Positions 8,972 through 17,960 of a stretch of DNA of 52,517 nt are shown one piece after another. Source of the DNA: a virus (Duplodnaviria; Caudoviricetes); IMG/VR virus record IMGVR_UViG_3300033067_000691, positions 1 through 52,517 of that record; one strand, written 5' to 3'. The notes under the pieces were generated by a model that was not told the DNA's origin, searched no databases, and saw only the letters and a program-made list of their open reading frames with translations. Every line of letters begins with the position of its first letter. Position 1 is the stretch's first letter. The position numbers and the translations under genes were made by a program.

Positions 8972-9213
8972 TTTTGGAGTCCCGCGCCGCTACGCCGACA
9001 CTCGGCAAATGCACCGAGGAAATCAAGACCGCTGTTCCCGAAGAGGTCAAGGACGAGTTCTCGGCGTTGGCTGTGCTCAACGGTCAGCGGCCCGCCGATT
9101 ACCTTCGGGATCTCATCCTCGATCATCTGTACGGACGGCTCCATGCGGTCAGAGTACGCGCCCACCGTGGAATTGGAACGGCGGGTTCACGTCGGGAAGG
9201 CGGCGAGCCATGA
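8968..9213 (+). CDS. ribbon-helix-helix-like regulator in the CII position
   Basis: IKTAVPEEVKDEFSALAVLNGQRPADYLRDLI. Confidence 0.6.
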   Translation: MILESRAATPTLGKCTEEIKTAVPEEVKDEFSALAVLNGQRPADYLRDLILDHLYGRLHAVRVRAHRGIGTAGSRREGGEP

Positions 9214-9557
9214 CCGTGACCAACCGCGAAGCCGAGCAATGGAACCGCGTCGCGCATGCCGCGGCGATGCGCAAGATCGTTCAGGACCGGCAGGAAGCGG
9301 TGGCAGCCTACGTCCGGCAGCATCAATCGAATACACCCGAAGGAGCGAGCGGCTGCAGTCAGGCCGTGGTCAGTCATGAGGCCCGGGCAGTAGCTGCGAG
9401 AGGCAGCCGGGCGCAGAAAGTTGCGGGGAATTCCTCCGCTCTCGCGGCCGTCTCCACCACCGCAGCGCCCGAGAACACCGGTATCGCGTCGCCAATCCCG
9501 CATGCGGCGCGCGATGCCGGCCTTGGGTATTTCAGGCAGCGGAGGCTGTTCGGGTGA
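9210..9557 (+). CDS. hypothetical protein
   Basis: ATGA coupling to upstream gene. Confidence 0.45.
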   Translation: MTVTNREAEQWNRVAHAAAMRKIVQDRQEAVAAYVRQHQSNTPEGASGCSQAVVSHEARAVAARGSRAQKVAGNSSALAAVSTTAAPENTGIASPIPHAARDAGLGYFRQRRLFG

Positions 9558-9678
9558 TCAGTACCTCGTTCTACTGGCTGTGGCTCTGCTCGCGTGATGG
9601 CGGTCACATGGATGATCTGGATGCGTGGTGCGCTGGCCCGCGATCGATGGACAACTGCACCGAAGTGGCGCTGACGGC

Positions 9679-10458
9679 ATGAATTACTACTCTCATCACA
9701 TCGGCGACTATCTATCCGCAACAGCGCACCTGACGCTGCTTGAGCACGGCGCCTATCGTCGCCTGATTGACGTGTATTACATCCACGAATCTCCGCTACC
9801 GGCAGACAAGAAGCAGGTCTACCGCCTCGTTGGCGCTAGGACAAAGGAGGAAAAGGAGGCGGTCGACAGCGTGCTTGATGAGTTCTTCACCGTGTTGGAG
9901 GACGGATGGCATCAAGGGCGATGCGACTACGAAATTTTGGTCTGCAACAAGAACCGAGAAAACGGAAAAAAGGGCGGCAGGCCTTCCAAAAACACAAACC
10001 CAACCGATAACCCAAACGAAACCCGATCAACAACCCAAACGAAACCCAAACGAAACCCAACACAAAAGCCCCCCATCACCCCATCACCCCATCACCCCAT
10101 CACAGGGTCCACAGCACACGCTTCTACTGACTCCAACGCCCCCAGTCCAGGCGGCGCAGCAAGCGCGCGCATGAGGCAAGCCGGTCTTGCCGATGCGAAC
10201 CCATCCCACCCGAAGCTATTGGCCCTGATCGCGGCCGGCATCACGCTCGACGAACTCGGTCAGGCGGCAAGCGAAGCGGTTCAGAAAAAAAAGGGCTTCG
10301 CCTACGCCCTGGCTGTGGCGGAAGGCCGACGACGAGACGCGGAAACGGCGCCACTACCGGCGAAGGGTGAGAGCCGTCAAGCGCAGCTTGAAGCCCGAAA
10401 CGCGGCCGTAGCAGCCGCTTGGGTTCCCCCCGAAATGCGAACCAAGGATGCGGTATGA
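9679..10458 (+). CDS. DUF1376/YdaU family replication initiator
   Basis: MNYYSHHIGDY...HLTLLEHGAYRRLIDVYY and NGKKGGRP; internal iterons. Confidence 0.85.
   Translation: MNYYSHHIGDYLSATAHLTLLEHGAYRRLIDVYYIHESPLPADKKQVYRLVGARTKEEKEAVDSVLDEFFTVLEDGWHQGRCDYEILVCNKNRENGKKGGRPSKNTNPTDNPNETRSTTQTKPKRNPTQKPPITPSPHHPITGSTAHASTDSNAPSPGGAASARMRQAGLADANPSHPKLLALIAAGITLDELGQAASEAVQKKKGFAYALAVAEGRRRDAETAPLPAKGESRQAQLEARNAAVAAAWVPPEMRTKDAV
9996..10102 (+). repeat. putative replication origin iterons
   Basis: AACCCAAACGAAACCC at 10009, 10032 and 10043, then (CCCCATCA)x4 at 10071-10102. Confidence 0.75.
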
Positions 10459-11108
10459 CGCAAAGCGACTTCGAGGATTTCCGAGGCCTGATGCAGGGCG
10501 TGCATGACTTCTACGTTCGCGATCTTTCGCCCTTCGCGCTCGACGTGTGGTGGAACGCACTGCGGGCCTACGACCTTCAGGTGATCAGCCAGGCGCTGTC
10601 GTTGCACTGCCAGAACCCGGACACAGGGCAGTTCTGCCCGAAGCCGGCGGATGTGGTGCGCATGGTGGGAGGCACCACCAAGGACGCGGCAATCATGGCG
10701 TGGAACAAGGTCATGGAGGGTGTATCCAAGGCCGGCAGCTACAGCAGCGTGTGCTTCGACGATCCGATAATCAACCGCTGCTTGCTTGACATGGGCGGAT
10801 GGCCCGATCTCTGCGCGAAGCAGATGGCCGAGCTTCCGTTCGTGGAGCGCAACTTCTGCGACCGGTACCGGGCCTACCGGATTCGCGGAGAGGCACCGGG
10901 GCATCCGGCCTACCTGGTCGGCCTCAACGAGGCCATGAATGCGCAAAAAGGATTTCGGTCGTCGCCGCCAATGTTGATCGGGAACCCAGAGATTGCCCGC
11001 AGGGTTTTGACGGGCGGGTCTGACATTCCGATGATCCCCGTCACGCTCGGCGAGCATGTCGATGGCGTGACGCTGCGCCTTGTGAATCGAGGTAGCGAGG
11101 CGGCTTGA
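10455..11108 (+). CDS. DUF6475-like replication protein (lambda P position)
   Basis: GQFCPKPADVV, YSSVCFDDPII...MGGW; follows the initiator. Confidence 0.7.
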   Translation: MTQSDFEDFRGLMQGVHDFYVRDLSPFALDVWWNALRAYDLQVISQALSLHCQNPDTGQFCPKPADVVRMVGGTTKDAAIMAWNKVMEGVSKAGSYSSVCFDDPIINRCLLDMGGWPDLCAKQMAELPFVERNFCDRYRAYRIRGEAPGHPAYLVGLNEAMNAQKGFRSSPPMLIGNPEIARRVLTGGSDIPMIPVTLGEHVDGVTLRLVNRGSEAA

Positions 11109-11135
11109 CGATGAGTTACCCAGAGTCACTTTGCG

Positions 11136-11315
11136 ATGGCCATGAAGCCGATCGAGGAATCGCTGGCGGATTTCCTGCTGCTGATGCGGGATCCGCGAAT
11201 GAAGGATTACCGCCGGCGATGCCTGGAGCACTGGCGCGAGCACTACGGCCCGGTTATCGCGGCCCGGGTCGAGGCCCTTGTTCGGGAGCGCTGGAGCCCG
11301 AAGCCGAAGCGATGA
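11136..11315 (+). CDS. small hypothetical protein
   Basis: MAMKPIEESLADFLLL...; ATGA overlap with rusA. Confidence 0.45.
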   Translation: MAMKPIEESLADFLLLMRDPRMKDYRRRCLEHWREHYGPVIAARVEALVRERWSPKPKR

Positions 11316-11785
11316 GCGGCGTGCCCGAGGCGCAGGAGATCACCCTGGTGCTGCCGTGGCCGGTCTCGGCGAACCGCTACTGGCGATCGTTCGTACCGCG
11401 TGGCCACCAGCGCGCCATCGTCACGCTGTCCGACGAGGCGAAGGCGTACAAGCAGGAGGTTGGCTGGCTGGCGAAGGCTGCCGGCGTCAGAAAGCCAATC
11501 CCGGGGCGCGTGTCCGTCGATGTCCGGCTGTACCCGCTGCGGCCGGCAGACTGGGCGAAGCGCGCGGCAAAGGATCCGCTGTGCTGGGATGACACGGTGC
11601 GCTGCATTGACCTGGACAATGCGCGCAAGGTGCTCTATGACGCGCTCAAGGGTGTGGCGTTCGAGGACGACAAGTGGGTGCGCAAGGATTCCGCCGAGCG
11701 CATGGAGCCAGACGGCGAGGCCCGCGTCGTGGTTACGGTGCGCCGCCTCGGACTCCCGGAATCGCCGCAGGGGAGCTTGATCTGA
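11312..11785 (+). CDS. rusA: RusA Holliday junction resolvase
   Basis: LPWPVSANRYWR, DLDNARKVLYDALKGVAFEDD. Confidence 0.88.
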   Translation: MSGVPEAQEITLVLPWPVSANRYWRSFVPRGHQRAIVTLSDEAKAYKQEVGWLAKAAGVRKPIPGRVSVDVRLYPLRPADWAKRAAKDPLCWDDTVRCIDLDNARKVLYDALKGVAFEDDKWVRKDSAERMEPDGEARVVVTVRRLGLPESPQGSLI

Positions 11786-12150
11786 TGGCGCGAGGAACCC
11801 CAGCCGTCGAGACGTGCCCGACGTGCCGCGTCGAGTTCATCGGATCTCCGCAGCAGCGCGGTGGCCAGGGGTCGTGGCGAAAGGTCTGCCCGGCAGGACA
11901 CTGGCACACCTTGACCGCGCTTACGCGGACGCGCAATGCCGAGGCACAGGAGGCGCGCGAATCGCTGATGTCGAAGACCCGGGAAGTCGGGATCCGGACC
12001 GATATCGACGCCATGCGGTTGGCGCTGGCTGCGATGCTGGGCGGCTACGAGCGGCTGCTGGCCACGACGCCGGAGCGATCGAGGCCGGTGATTGCCGGCG
12101 CCTTCGGCAAGTCGCCGGAGGTATGCAGGCAGATCCTGGAGGCGGTGTGA
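11785..12150 (+). CDS. zinc-ribbon hypothetical protein
   Basis: CPTC...CPAGH; coupled at both ends. Confidence 0.55.
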   Translation: MARGTPAVETCPTCRVEFIGSPQQRGGQGSWRKVCPAGHWHTLTALTRTRNAEAQEARESLMSKTREVGIRTDIDAMRLALAAMLGGYERLLATTPERSRPVIAGAFGKSPEVCRQILEAV

Positions 12151-12593
12151 CGACGATCGCGTTTGACGGAGAGACGCTGGCTGCTGATCGCGGGTCGTGG
12201 TCTGGAGGATTCCATCAAGCCGCGAAGAAGGTTCATCGCGTGACGTCGCCGGACGGTCGCGTGTTCCTGGTCGGGCTGCTCGGCAATGCGGCATTTGCAA
12301 CCGACGTGCTGCGATGGATGAGGGGAGGCCCGCACCCTGGGCAATGCCTCGAGGCCGACAGAGAAATGGATTGCGCGGTCGTCATTGATGCGCGTCGCCG
12401 GGTCTGGCGACTGGCGGCGCATCGGCTTACCTACCGGGAATACCCGGGGCGATTGCATTCCGCTGGCGCCGGTCAAGAGATCGCGCTGGGCGCAATGATG
12501 GCCGGTGCAGATGCCGCCAAGGCGATCAGGATCACCATGCAGGTGTCGGACTACGCGGCGCGCGGCGTGGATTGCGTGAGGTTCCGGCCGTGA
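12147..12593 (+). CDS. HslV/proteasome-beta-like Ntn-hydrolase fold protein
   Basis: N-terminus (M)TTIAFDGETLAAD, SAGAGQEIALGAMMAGADA; GGAGG RBS. Confidence 0.7.
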   Translation: MTTIAFDGETLAADRGSWSGGFHQAAKKVHRVTSPDGRVFLVGLLGNAAFATDVLRWMRGGPHPGQCLEADREMDCAVVIDARRRVWRLAAHRLTYREYPGRLHSAGAGQEIALGAMMAGADAAKAIRITMQVSDYAARGVDCVRFRP

Positions 12594-12796
12594 ATGCCCC
12601 GCAGACGCCGCGCTGCACGCTGGCACGGTTCATCCCGAACCAGATGGACATCGAAGAGGTAAAGGCCGATGGGTGGAACGATCACAGGATTCTTGTTGTT
12701 GGCGCCGACGATACGCGCATCAACTGGATGGAGCGCCAGGTCATCGAGCAGATCGGCGAGAAGCTCTACCGCGATCGGAGATCGTCCCGTGGCTGA
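12590..12796 (+). CDS. hypothetical phage protein
   Basis: GTGA coupling. Confidence 0.55.
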   Translation: MNAPQTPRCTLARFIPNQMDIEEVKADGWNDHRILVVGADDTRINWMERQVIEQIGEKLYRDRRSSRG

Positions 12797-13187
12797 TCAT
12801 CACTTTGCCTTGGCCTGGGCAGAGTTCGAGCGGCTGCGCCGGCTGGTCCCGGAGCGCGCCGATTTCCACCTTGCGAATTGGGGGCGGTGGCGCAAGCATG
12901 ATGTGGTGACCGTCGGCTATGCCGATCATGTTCCCGGGCTCGACAAGGGCATCGGGCGATGCGTGGCGGAAGATGCCAGCGACCACGACTACGAGGCGCA
13001 CGACGCCTATGCGGCGGAAGTCTGCGACACCATCATTGACGAACTGCCGCAGCTGTACCGGATGGCGATCAGCAACGTCTATGAGGCCTCGGTGTGGCAG
13101 TTCCGCAGCACCGCGATACTGGAGCAGGCGCTGGTCGATGGCGCGGCGCTGTTCTGGCATGAGGCGCAGAAGCGCGATCTCATTTAG
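12789..13187 (+). CDS. Q-like late antiterminator candidate
   Basis: HLANWGRW motif; last early gene before a structured leader and the lysis genes. Confidence 0.55.
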   Translation: MADHHFALAWAEFERLRRLVPERADFHLANWGRWRKHDVVTVGYADHVPGLDKGIGRCVAEDASDHDYEAHDAYAAEVCDTIIDELPQLYRMAISNVYEASVWQFRSTAILEQALVDGAALFWHEAQKRDLI

Positions 13188-13281
13188 ATTCAATTGGGCG
13201 TGAAATCCACCGCTATTTGATTGCCCATGAAAAGCCGGAACGGAACACAATCACGTCCGACAAGTTGCGCCCAGAGAATAC

Positions 13282-13453
13282 GAAGCCCGCCAGGTGAAAG
13301 CCTCGCGGGCTTCAGCGTTTCTACGCAGCCAATCAGCCGGCCCTACTGCAAGCAGGGGCTTTGAACACGGCGCCGGACGCTGCAACCGGCAAGTCTCCTC
13401 CTCGGTCGCGCAAGCGATCGTTTCCGCCAGCTCCCACCACGGCTGGCTTTCTT
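13282..13453 (+). ncRNA. structured late-leader RNA ending in a terminator-like hairpin
   Basis: Hairpins 13282-13313 (GAAA loop), 13372-13390, 13403-13420 (GCAA loop) and 13426-13447 followed by TTTCTT. Confidence 0.45.
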
Positions 13454-13466
13454 ACAAAGGCGCAAG

Positions 13467-13916
13467 ATGACAACCCTGAACATCGTTGTTGATGGCGATG
13501 ATGCTTGGCGTCTTGAGCGCTTCGATTGGCAAATCGGAACGCATGGGTATGCTTATCGTCGCGAAAAAATCAACGGGAAGTGGGTATTGATCCTGCTGCA
13601 CAGGGAAATAATGGCGTGCAGCAATGACCGCGTGATTGATCACATCAACGGCAACGTGCTAGACAATCGAAGAAACAATCTTCGTGAATGCTCGCTGGCA
13701 GAAAACCTGAGAAACAGGAAGACCCACAAGAACAACAGAACGGGTCTGAAAGGCGTCTACTGCGATCAGCGTCGAAAAAACAAGCCGTGGCATGCCCAAA
13801 TTCGTGTTGATGGAAAGAAGGTGTATCTCGGTTCATTCGCCGCCAGCGCTGAAGCATTCGCCGCTTACGTGGCCGCTGCGCGCAAGTACCACGGCGAATT
13901 CGCGAGGTTTGCGTGA
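13467..13916 (+). CDS. HNH-AP2 homing endonuclease
   Basis: LLHREIM...IDHINGNVLDNRRNNLR, then TGLKGV...WHAQIRVDGKKVYLGSF...HGEFA. Confidence 0.9.
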   Translation: MTTLNIVVDGDDAWRLERFDWQIGTHGYAYRREKINGKWVLILLHREIMACSNDRVIDHINGNVLDNRRNNLRECSLAENLRNRKTHKNNRTGLKGVYCDQRRKNKPWHAQIRVDGKKVYLGSFAASAEAFAAYVAAARKYHGEFARFA

Positions 13917-14326
13917 TGTCCGCACTAATCACGGTCAAGCGCGTCGCCCGGCTGGACGAAGGCGTGTTCGGCGCCATCCTCCACCTGGGTGTGCCGTTCG
14001 CCGTGACGCTCGAGCATTCCTTCCTCGACAACCAGCCGATCATCCCGGCAGGCGTCTATACCTGCGTGGCGACGCGGTATAACCGCGGCGGTTACCCGAC
14101 GTTCGAGATTACCGGCGTTGCCGGTCACTCCCGCCTGCTGTTCCACAAGGCCAACTGGGAAACGGATCTGGAGGGCTGCGTCGGCATCGGCGAGGGATTC
14201 GCGCTGCTAGACGGCAGGCTGGCCATTTCGCAGAGCGGACAGGGCTTCGGCGAGTTCATGCAGAAGGTCGGCCATCTGCCGAGCTTCCAAGTCAAGTTCG
14301 AGGATTGCTGCGATGAAATGGTCTGA
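13916..14326 (+). CDS. DUF5675 family protein, probable endolysin
   Basis: TLE...IPAGVY...LLFHKAN...LEGCVGIG; upstream of holin-like gene. Confidence 0.7.
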   Translation: MSALITVKRVARLDEGVFGAILHLGVPFAVTLEHSFLDNQPIIPAGVYTCVATRYNRGGYPTFEITGVAGHSRLLFHKANWETDLEGCVGIGEGFALLDGRLAISQSGQGFGEFMQKVGHLPSFQVKFEDCCDEMV

Positions 14327-14849
14327 CGTCGGCGACTGGCTGACAAATAACGCCGGTCCGGGCGCGGCGCTGGTCGGGTCGCTTCTGACCGGCAACCTGC
14401 ATGGCGCCATTGCCGCCGGCGTGTCGCTGGTCAGCGGTGCCACGGGCACCACGGACCCCGACCAAGCGCTGCACGCGCTGCAAAGCAATCCCGAGGCCAT
14501 GATCAAGCTGAAGGAACTGGCCTACCGAGACGCCGACAGCATCCGCCAGCACATCCGCTTGCAGGAAGAGGCGCGGCTGAAGGATGAGCAGGAGGCCCAC
14601 CGCCAGCAACAGGAGACCATCCGTGGCGGCGACAACGCTACCGACGAGTACGTGCGGCGCACCAGGCCGACGATGGCCCGGCAAAGCTGGTACGCCGGCG
14701 CCGGTTACATCGTCGCGATGGAGATCCTGAAGGCGTTCGATGTCACAAAAACCGGCGCCGTGGTCGAGTTGGCCATGATCATCCTGGCTCCGTCGATGGC
14801 CTACATCGGCTTTCGCAGCCTCGATCGCTGGAAGGGCGGGGTGAAGTAG
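14313..14849 (+). CDS. holin-like (3TM-type) membrane protein
   Basis: YVRRTRP...hydrophobic helices...YIGFRSLDRWKG. Confidence 0.7.
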   Translation: MKWSDVGDWLTNNAGPGAALVGSLLTGNLHGAIAAGVSLVSGATGTTDPDQALHALQSNPEAMIKLKELAYRDADSIRQHIRLQEEARLKDEQEAHRQQQETIRGGDNATDEYVRRTRPTMARQSWYAGAGYIVAMEILKAFDVTKTGAVVELAMIILAPSMAYIGFRSLDRWKGGVK

Positions 14850-15211
14850 TGAACTCAGAGCAGGAAATAGCGATCCTCTCGCACCGCGTTACCGCGGTGG
14901 AGGAAACCATGCACGAGGCCATCGGCGAGATCCGCGACGGCATCCGCGAAATCGCGGCCAACACCGGAAAGCTGGCGGTGCTTGAGGAAAGGCATGCAGA
15001 AACCAGGGATGGGTTGGTTCGGGCGTTTACGTTCATCGAGACAAAATCTGACTGGGCAGCCCATCAGGCACTGGAAAGTAGAGTGCGGGAGGTCGAGGTT
15101 TCAATGCCGGCTCTCAAAGAGACTCGCAAGTGGGTCGTTGGTGGCGTGCTCGCCGTGGCATCGACTGTTGGCTTGGCTGTAATTGGCCTGGTGATGGCGG
15201 CGCCGCGATGA
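14849..15211 (+). CDS. coiled-coil protein with C-terminal TM (lysis region)
   Basis: LAVLEERH...WVVGGVLAVASTVGLAVIGLV. Confidence 0.65.
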   Translation: MNSEQEIAILSHRVTAVEETMHEAIGEIRDGIREIAANTGKLAVLEERHAETRDGLVRAFTFIETKSDWAAHQALESRVREVEVSMPALKETRKWVVGGVLAVASTVGLAVIGLVMAAPR

Positions 15212-15348
15212 GCCGCACCGTTGTTTCGGCGCCGGCCGGCGCCACGCTCTCGGCAATCAACGTCATTGCCTACCTGAAGTAACCCGATTCACGGCGATCC
15301 CGCCCGGGATCGTCCGGCTACCCGCGAGGGCGCTGAAAGGAAACCCCA

Positions 15349-15939
15349 ATGAAAGCGAAGAAGAAGGCCAATGTCGGCCGTGGTGTCGGCCGGTCGGCCG
15401 CTGCCATGGTTGAACGCGAACGTCTGTTCATCGAGGCCTACATCGCCAATGGCGGTGACGGCGCCAATGCTGCGCGCGCGGCCGGCTATGCATCGAGTGG
15501 CGCGAAAAGCAGGGCGCGCACGCTGCTGAAACGTTCGAGCGTCATTGCGGCCCTGGCCGAGCGCCGCGACAAGCTGGCGCGCAAGTTCGAGCTGACGTCG
15601 GAAGCCGTGATCGCGGAACTGTCCAAGATCGTGCACGCGGATCCGCGCCGGCTGTTCGGCGCCGACGGCAAGATGCTGCCGATGCAGGACTGGCCGGATG
15701 ACATGGCCGCCGTGGTGGCTTCGGTGGAAACCGATGAGCTGTTCGAGGGGCAGGGTAACGCCCGCAAGTTCATCGGCTACACGAAGAAGGTCCGCTTCTG
15801 GGACAAGAACAGCGCGATCGAGAAGGCCATGAAGCACCTGGGCCTGTACGAGAAGGACAATCGCCAGAAGGCGAGCGCACTGGCGGAAGTGCTGGCGGAC
15901 CTGGATGGAAAAGACACAGGGCTCCCCGGAAGAGATTGA
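15349..15939 (+). CDS. terS: terminase small subunit
   Basis: LFIEAYIANGGDGANAARAAGY...DKNSAIEKAMKHLG. Confidence 0.88.
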   Translation: MKAKKKANVGRGVGRSAAAMVERERLFIEAYIANGGDGANAARAAGYASSGAKSRARTLLKRSSVIAALAERRDKLARKFELTSEAVIAELSKIVHADPRRLFGADGKMLPMQDWPDDMAAVVASVETDELFEGQGNARKFIGYTKKVRFWDKNSAIEKAMKHLGLYEKDNRQKASALAEVLADLDGKDTGLPGRD

Positions 15940-17416
15940 GGCGGTACGGAAGAGGCTGGGCAGCGCGCGATGGCGACTGAACAATCTCTACTGGATCACC
16001 AACGAGAAGGGGCAGCGCGTCCGCTTTCGCCTGAACTGGGCGCAGTCCAAGCTGCTGGACGAAATGTGGTTCTTGAACGTGATCCTGAAGGCCCGGCAGT
16101 TGGGCATGACCACGTTCATCCAGATATTCATGCTCGACCGCTGCTTGTTCAACAGCAACGTGCGGGCCGGCGTGATCGCCCACAACAAGGAAGACGCCTA
16201 TGTGTTCTTCCGCGACAAGATCAAGTTCGCCTACGACAACCTGCCGGACTGGTTGAAGGCGGAGCGGCCGGCGATCAAGAACGACTCCGGCGAGCTGCTG
16301 CTGTCGAACAACAGCAGCATCCGGGTCGGTACGTCGATGCGGTCAGGGACGTTGCAATACCTGCATGTGTCGGAGTACGGGAAGATTTGCCGGAAGTACC
16401 CGGACAAGGCGAAGGAGATCCGTACCGGCGCATTCAATGCTGTGCATGCCGGCCAGTTCGTGTTCGTGGAGAGCACGGCCGAGGGCCGCGACGGCGACTT
16501 CTACGTGATGACGCAAGCCGCGCGCAAGCTGCTGGAGTCCGGCAGGCCGCTGACGGACATGGACTACAAGTTCCATTTCTTCCCGTGGTGGAAAGATGCG
16601 CGGTACCGCAGATCGGCAGATGGCGTGCTGATCACGGACGGCATGGCCAAGTATTTCTTCGAGTTGCTGACCAAGCATGGCATCAAGCTGGATCCGGAAC
16701 AGCGCGCCTGGTATGCGAAGAAGTCGGAAGAGCAGGGGGATGAGATGAAGCAGGAATTCCCCAGCACGCCCGACGAGGCTTTCGAAGTGGCGATCGAGGG
16801 CGCCTTCTACGGCACGCAGATGACCTACCTGCGCAGCCGCGGCCGCCTGACCGAGGTTCCATGGGAACCCAGCTTGCCGGTCAACACGTTCTGGGATCTG
16901 GGCATGAACGACTCGATGACGATCTGGTTCCACCAGCGCGTCGGGACGTCCAACCGCCTGTTCGATTACTACCAGAACAGCGGCGAGGGCTTGCAGCACT
17001 ACGCAAAGATCCTGAAGGACAAGGGCTACTTCTTCGGCACGCACTACATGCCGCACGACATCGCAGTGCGCGAGCTCGGCAACAACGGCAAGTCGCGCAA
17101 GGAGGTCGCCGAAGGGCTGGGGATCAGGCCGATTCACAAGGTCACGCGGCCGAAGAACATCGAGGAAGTGCTGGATGGCATCGAGTCGGTACGCGCGTTT
17201 CTGGCGACGTGCTGGATCGATGAGGTCAGTTGCGCCGAGGGCATCCGGGCGCTGGACAACTATCAGAAGGAATGGGACGACGGCGCCGGCACCTGGAAGA
17301 AGGGGCCGCTGCACAACTGGGCGTCCCATGGAAGCGACGCGCTGCGTACCGGCGCGACCGGCTTCACAGCGACGCAGATCGTGAATGAAGCCGACTTATA
17401 TCCGGAGGTGGCGTGA
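15905..17416 (+). CDS. terL: terminase large subunit
   Basis: LKARQLGMTT, LHVSEYG, ESTAEG, WDLG, HNWASHGSDA. Confidence 0.93.
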   Translation: MEKTQGSPEEIEAVRKRLGSARWRLNNLYWITNEKGQRVRFRLNWAQSKLLDEMWFLNVILKARQLGMTTFIQIFMLDRCLFNSNVRAGVIAHNKEDAYVFFRDKIKFAYDNLPDWLKAERPAIKNDSGELLLSNNSSIRVGTSMRSGTLQYLHVSEYGKICRKYPDKAKEIRTGAFNAVHAGQFVFVESTAEGRDGDFYVMTQAARKLLESGRPLTDMDYKFHFFPWWKDARYRRSADGVLITDGMAKYFFELLTKHGIKLDPEQRAWYAKKSEEQGDEMKQEFPSTPDEAFEVAIEGAFYGTQMTYLRSRGRLTEVPWEPSLPVNTFWDLGMNDSMTIWFHQRVGTSNRLFDYYQNSGEGLQHYAKILKDKGYFFGTHYMPHDIAVRELGNNGKSRKEVAEGLGIRPIHKVTRPKNIEEVLDGIESVRAFLATCWIDEVSCAEGIRALDNYQKEWDDGAGTWKKGPLHNWASHGSDALRTGATGFTATQIVNEADLYPEVA

Positions 17417-17586
17417 TGGCAGCAGACACATCAAGCAAGACCTACGACTGGGCGGCGCTGGTGAAGAAGTTCGAAGGCGAGAGCCTGAACGAGAAACCGA
17501 CCGAGTACCAGTTTTCGAAGGGCCGGCAGTTCAAGGCGCCGAAGTTTCCCTATCAATCCGAGATTCCACAGGATCCGACACCATGA
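17416..17586 (+). CDS. small hypothetical protein
   Basis: GGAGGT RBS; coupled to terL stop and next ATG. Confidence 0.55.
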   Translation: MAADTSSKTYDWAALVKKFEGESLNEKPTEYQFSKGRQFKAPKFPYQSEIPQDPTP

Positions 17587-17960
17587 TGAGCATCCCGGGC
17601 GTTCAGCAGATCATCACCGATCTTGTCGGTGTTCCGATCTCAGGCGCCGGCCAGACGCTGGGCCGCAACCTGATTGCCAGGCTGGAGCAGGCCTACCCTG
17701 CATTCACCGGAGTCTGGCGCGTCTGCATCAATGAGCCCGGCGGCGTGATCGAGGTCACGAACCTGGCGCTGTCTGGCCGCATGGGTTTCCTGATGCACAT
17801 TGCCAAGATCGACCCGGAAGGCCGCAAGGTCGTGCGCGCCGCCGGCGAGCTGCTGGAGCGGTACCGGATTGCGCGCAGTGGTGCGATCACCAAGGTGCTT
17901 GAAGGCGTCCTCGAACAGAAGCGGGACTTCCGCGGCGAACTGGTAGCCGAGCGTGGTTGA
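17583..17960 (+). CDS. hypothetical protein between terminase and portal
   Basis: ORF with operon-like codon usage; KVVRAAGELLERY. Confidence 0.7.
   Translation: MMSIPGVQQIITDLVGVPISGAGQTLGRNLIARLEQAYPAFTGVWRVCINEPGGVIEVTNLALSGRMGFLMHIAKIDPEGRKVVRAAGELLERYRIARSGAITKVLEGVLEQKRDFRGELVAERG

Noticed and set aside
9996-10102. CRISPR-like array
   Set aside because: The repeats are short and tandem with no unique spacers; they fit iterons.
10283-10296. A-AAA-AAG slippery site in the initiator gene
   Set aside because: It is explained by KKK codons, and no supporting stimulator or meaningful alternative product was identified.
13190-13460. tRNA gene
   Set aside because: No cloverleaf or T-loop GTTCRA motif was found.
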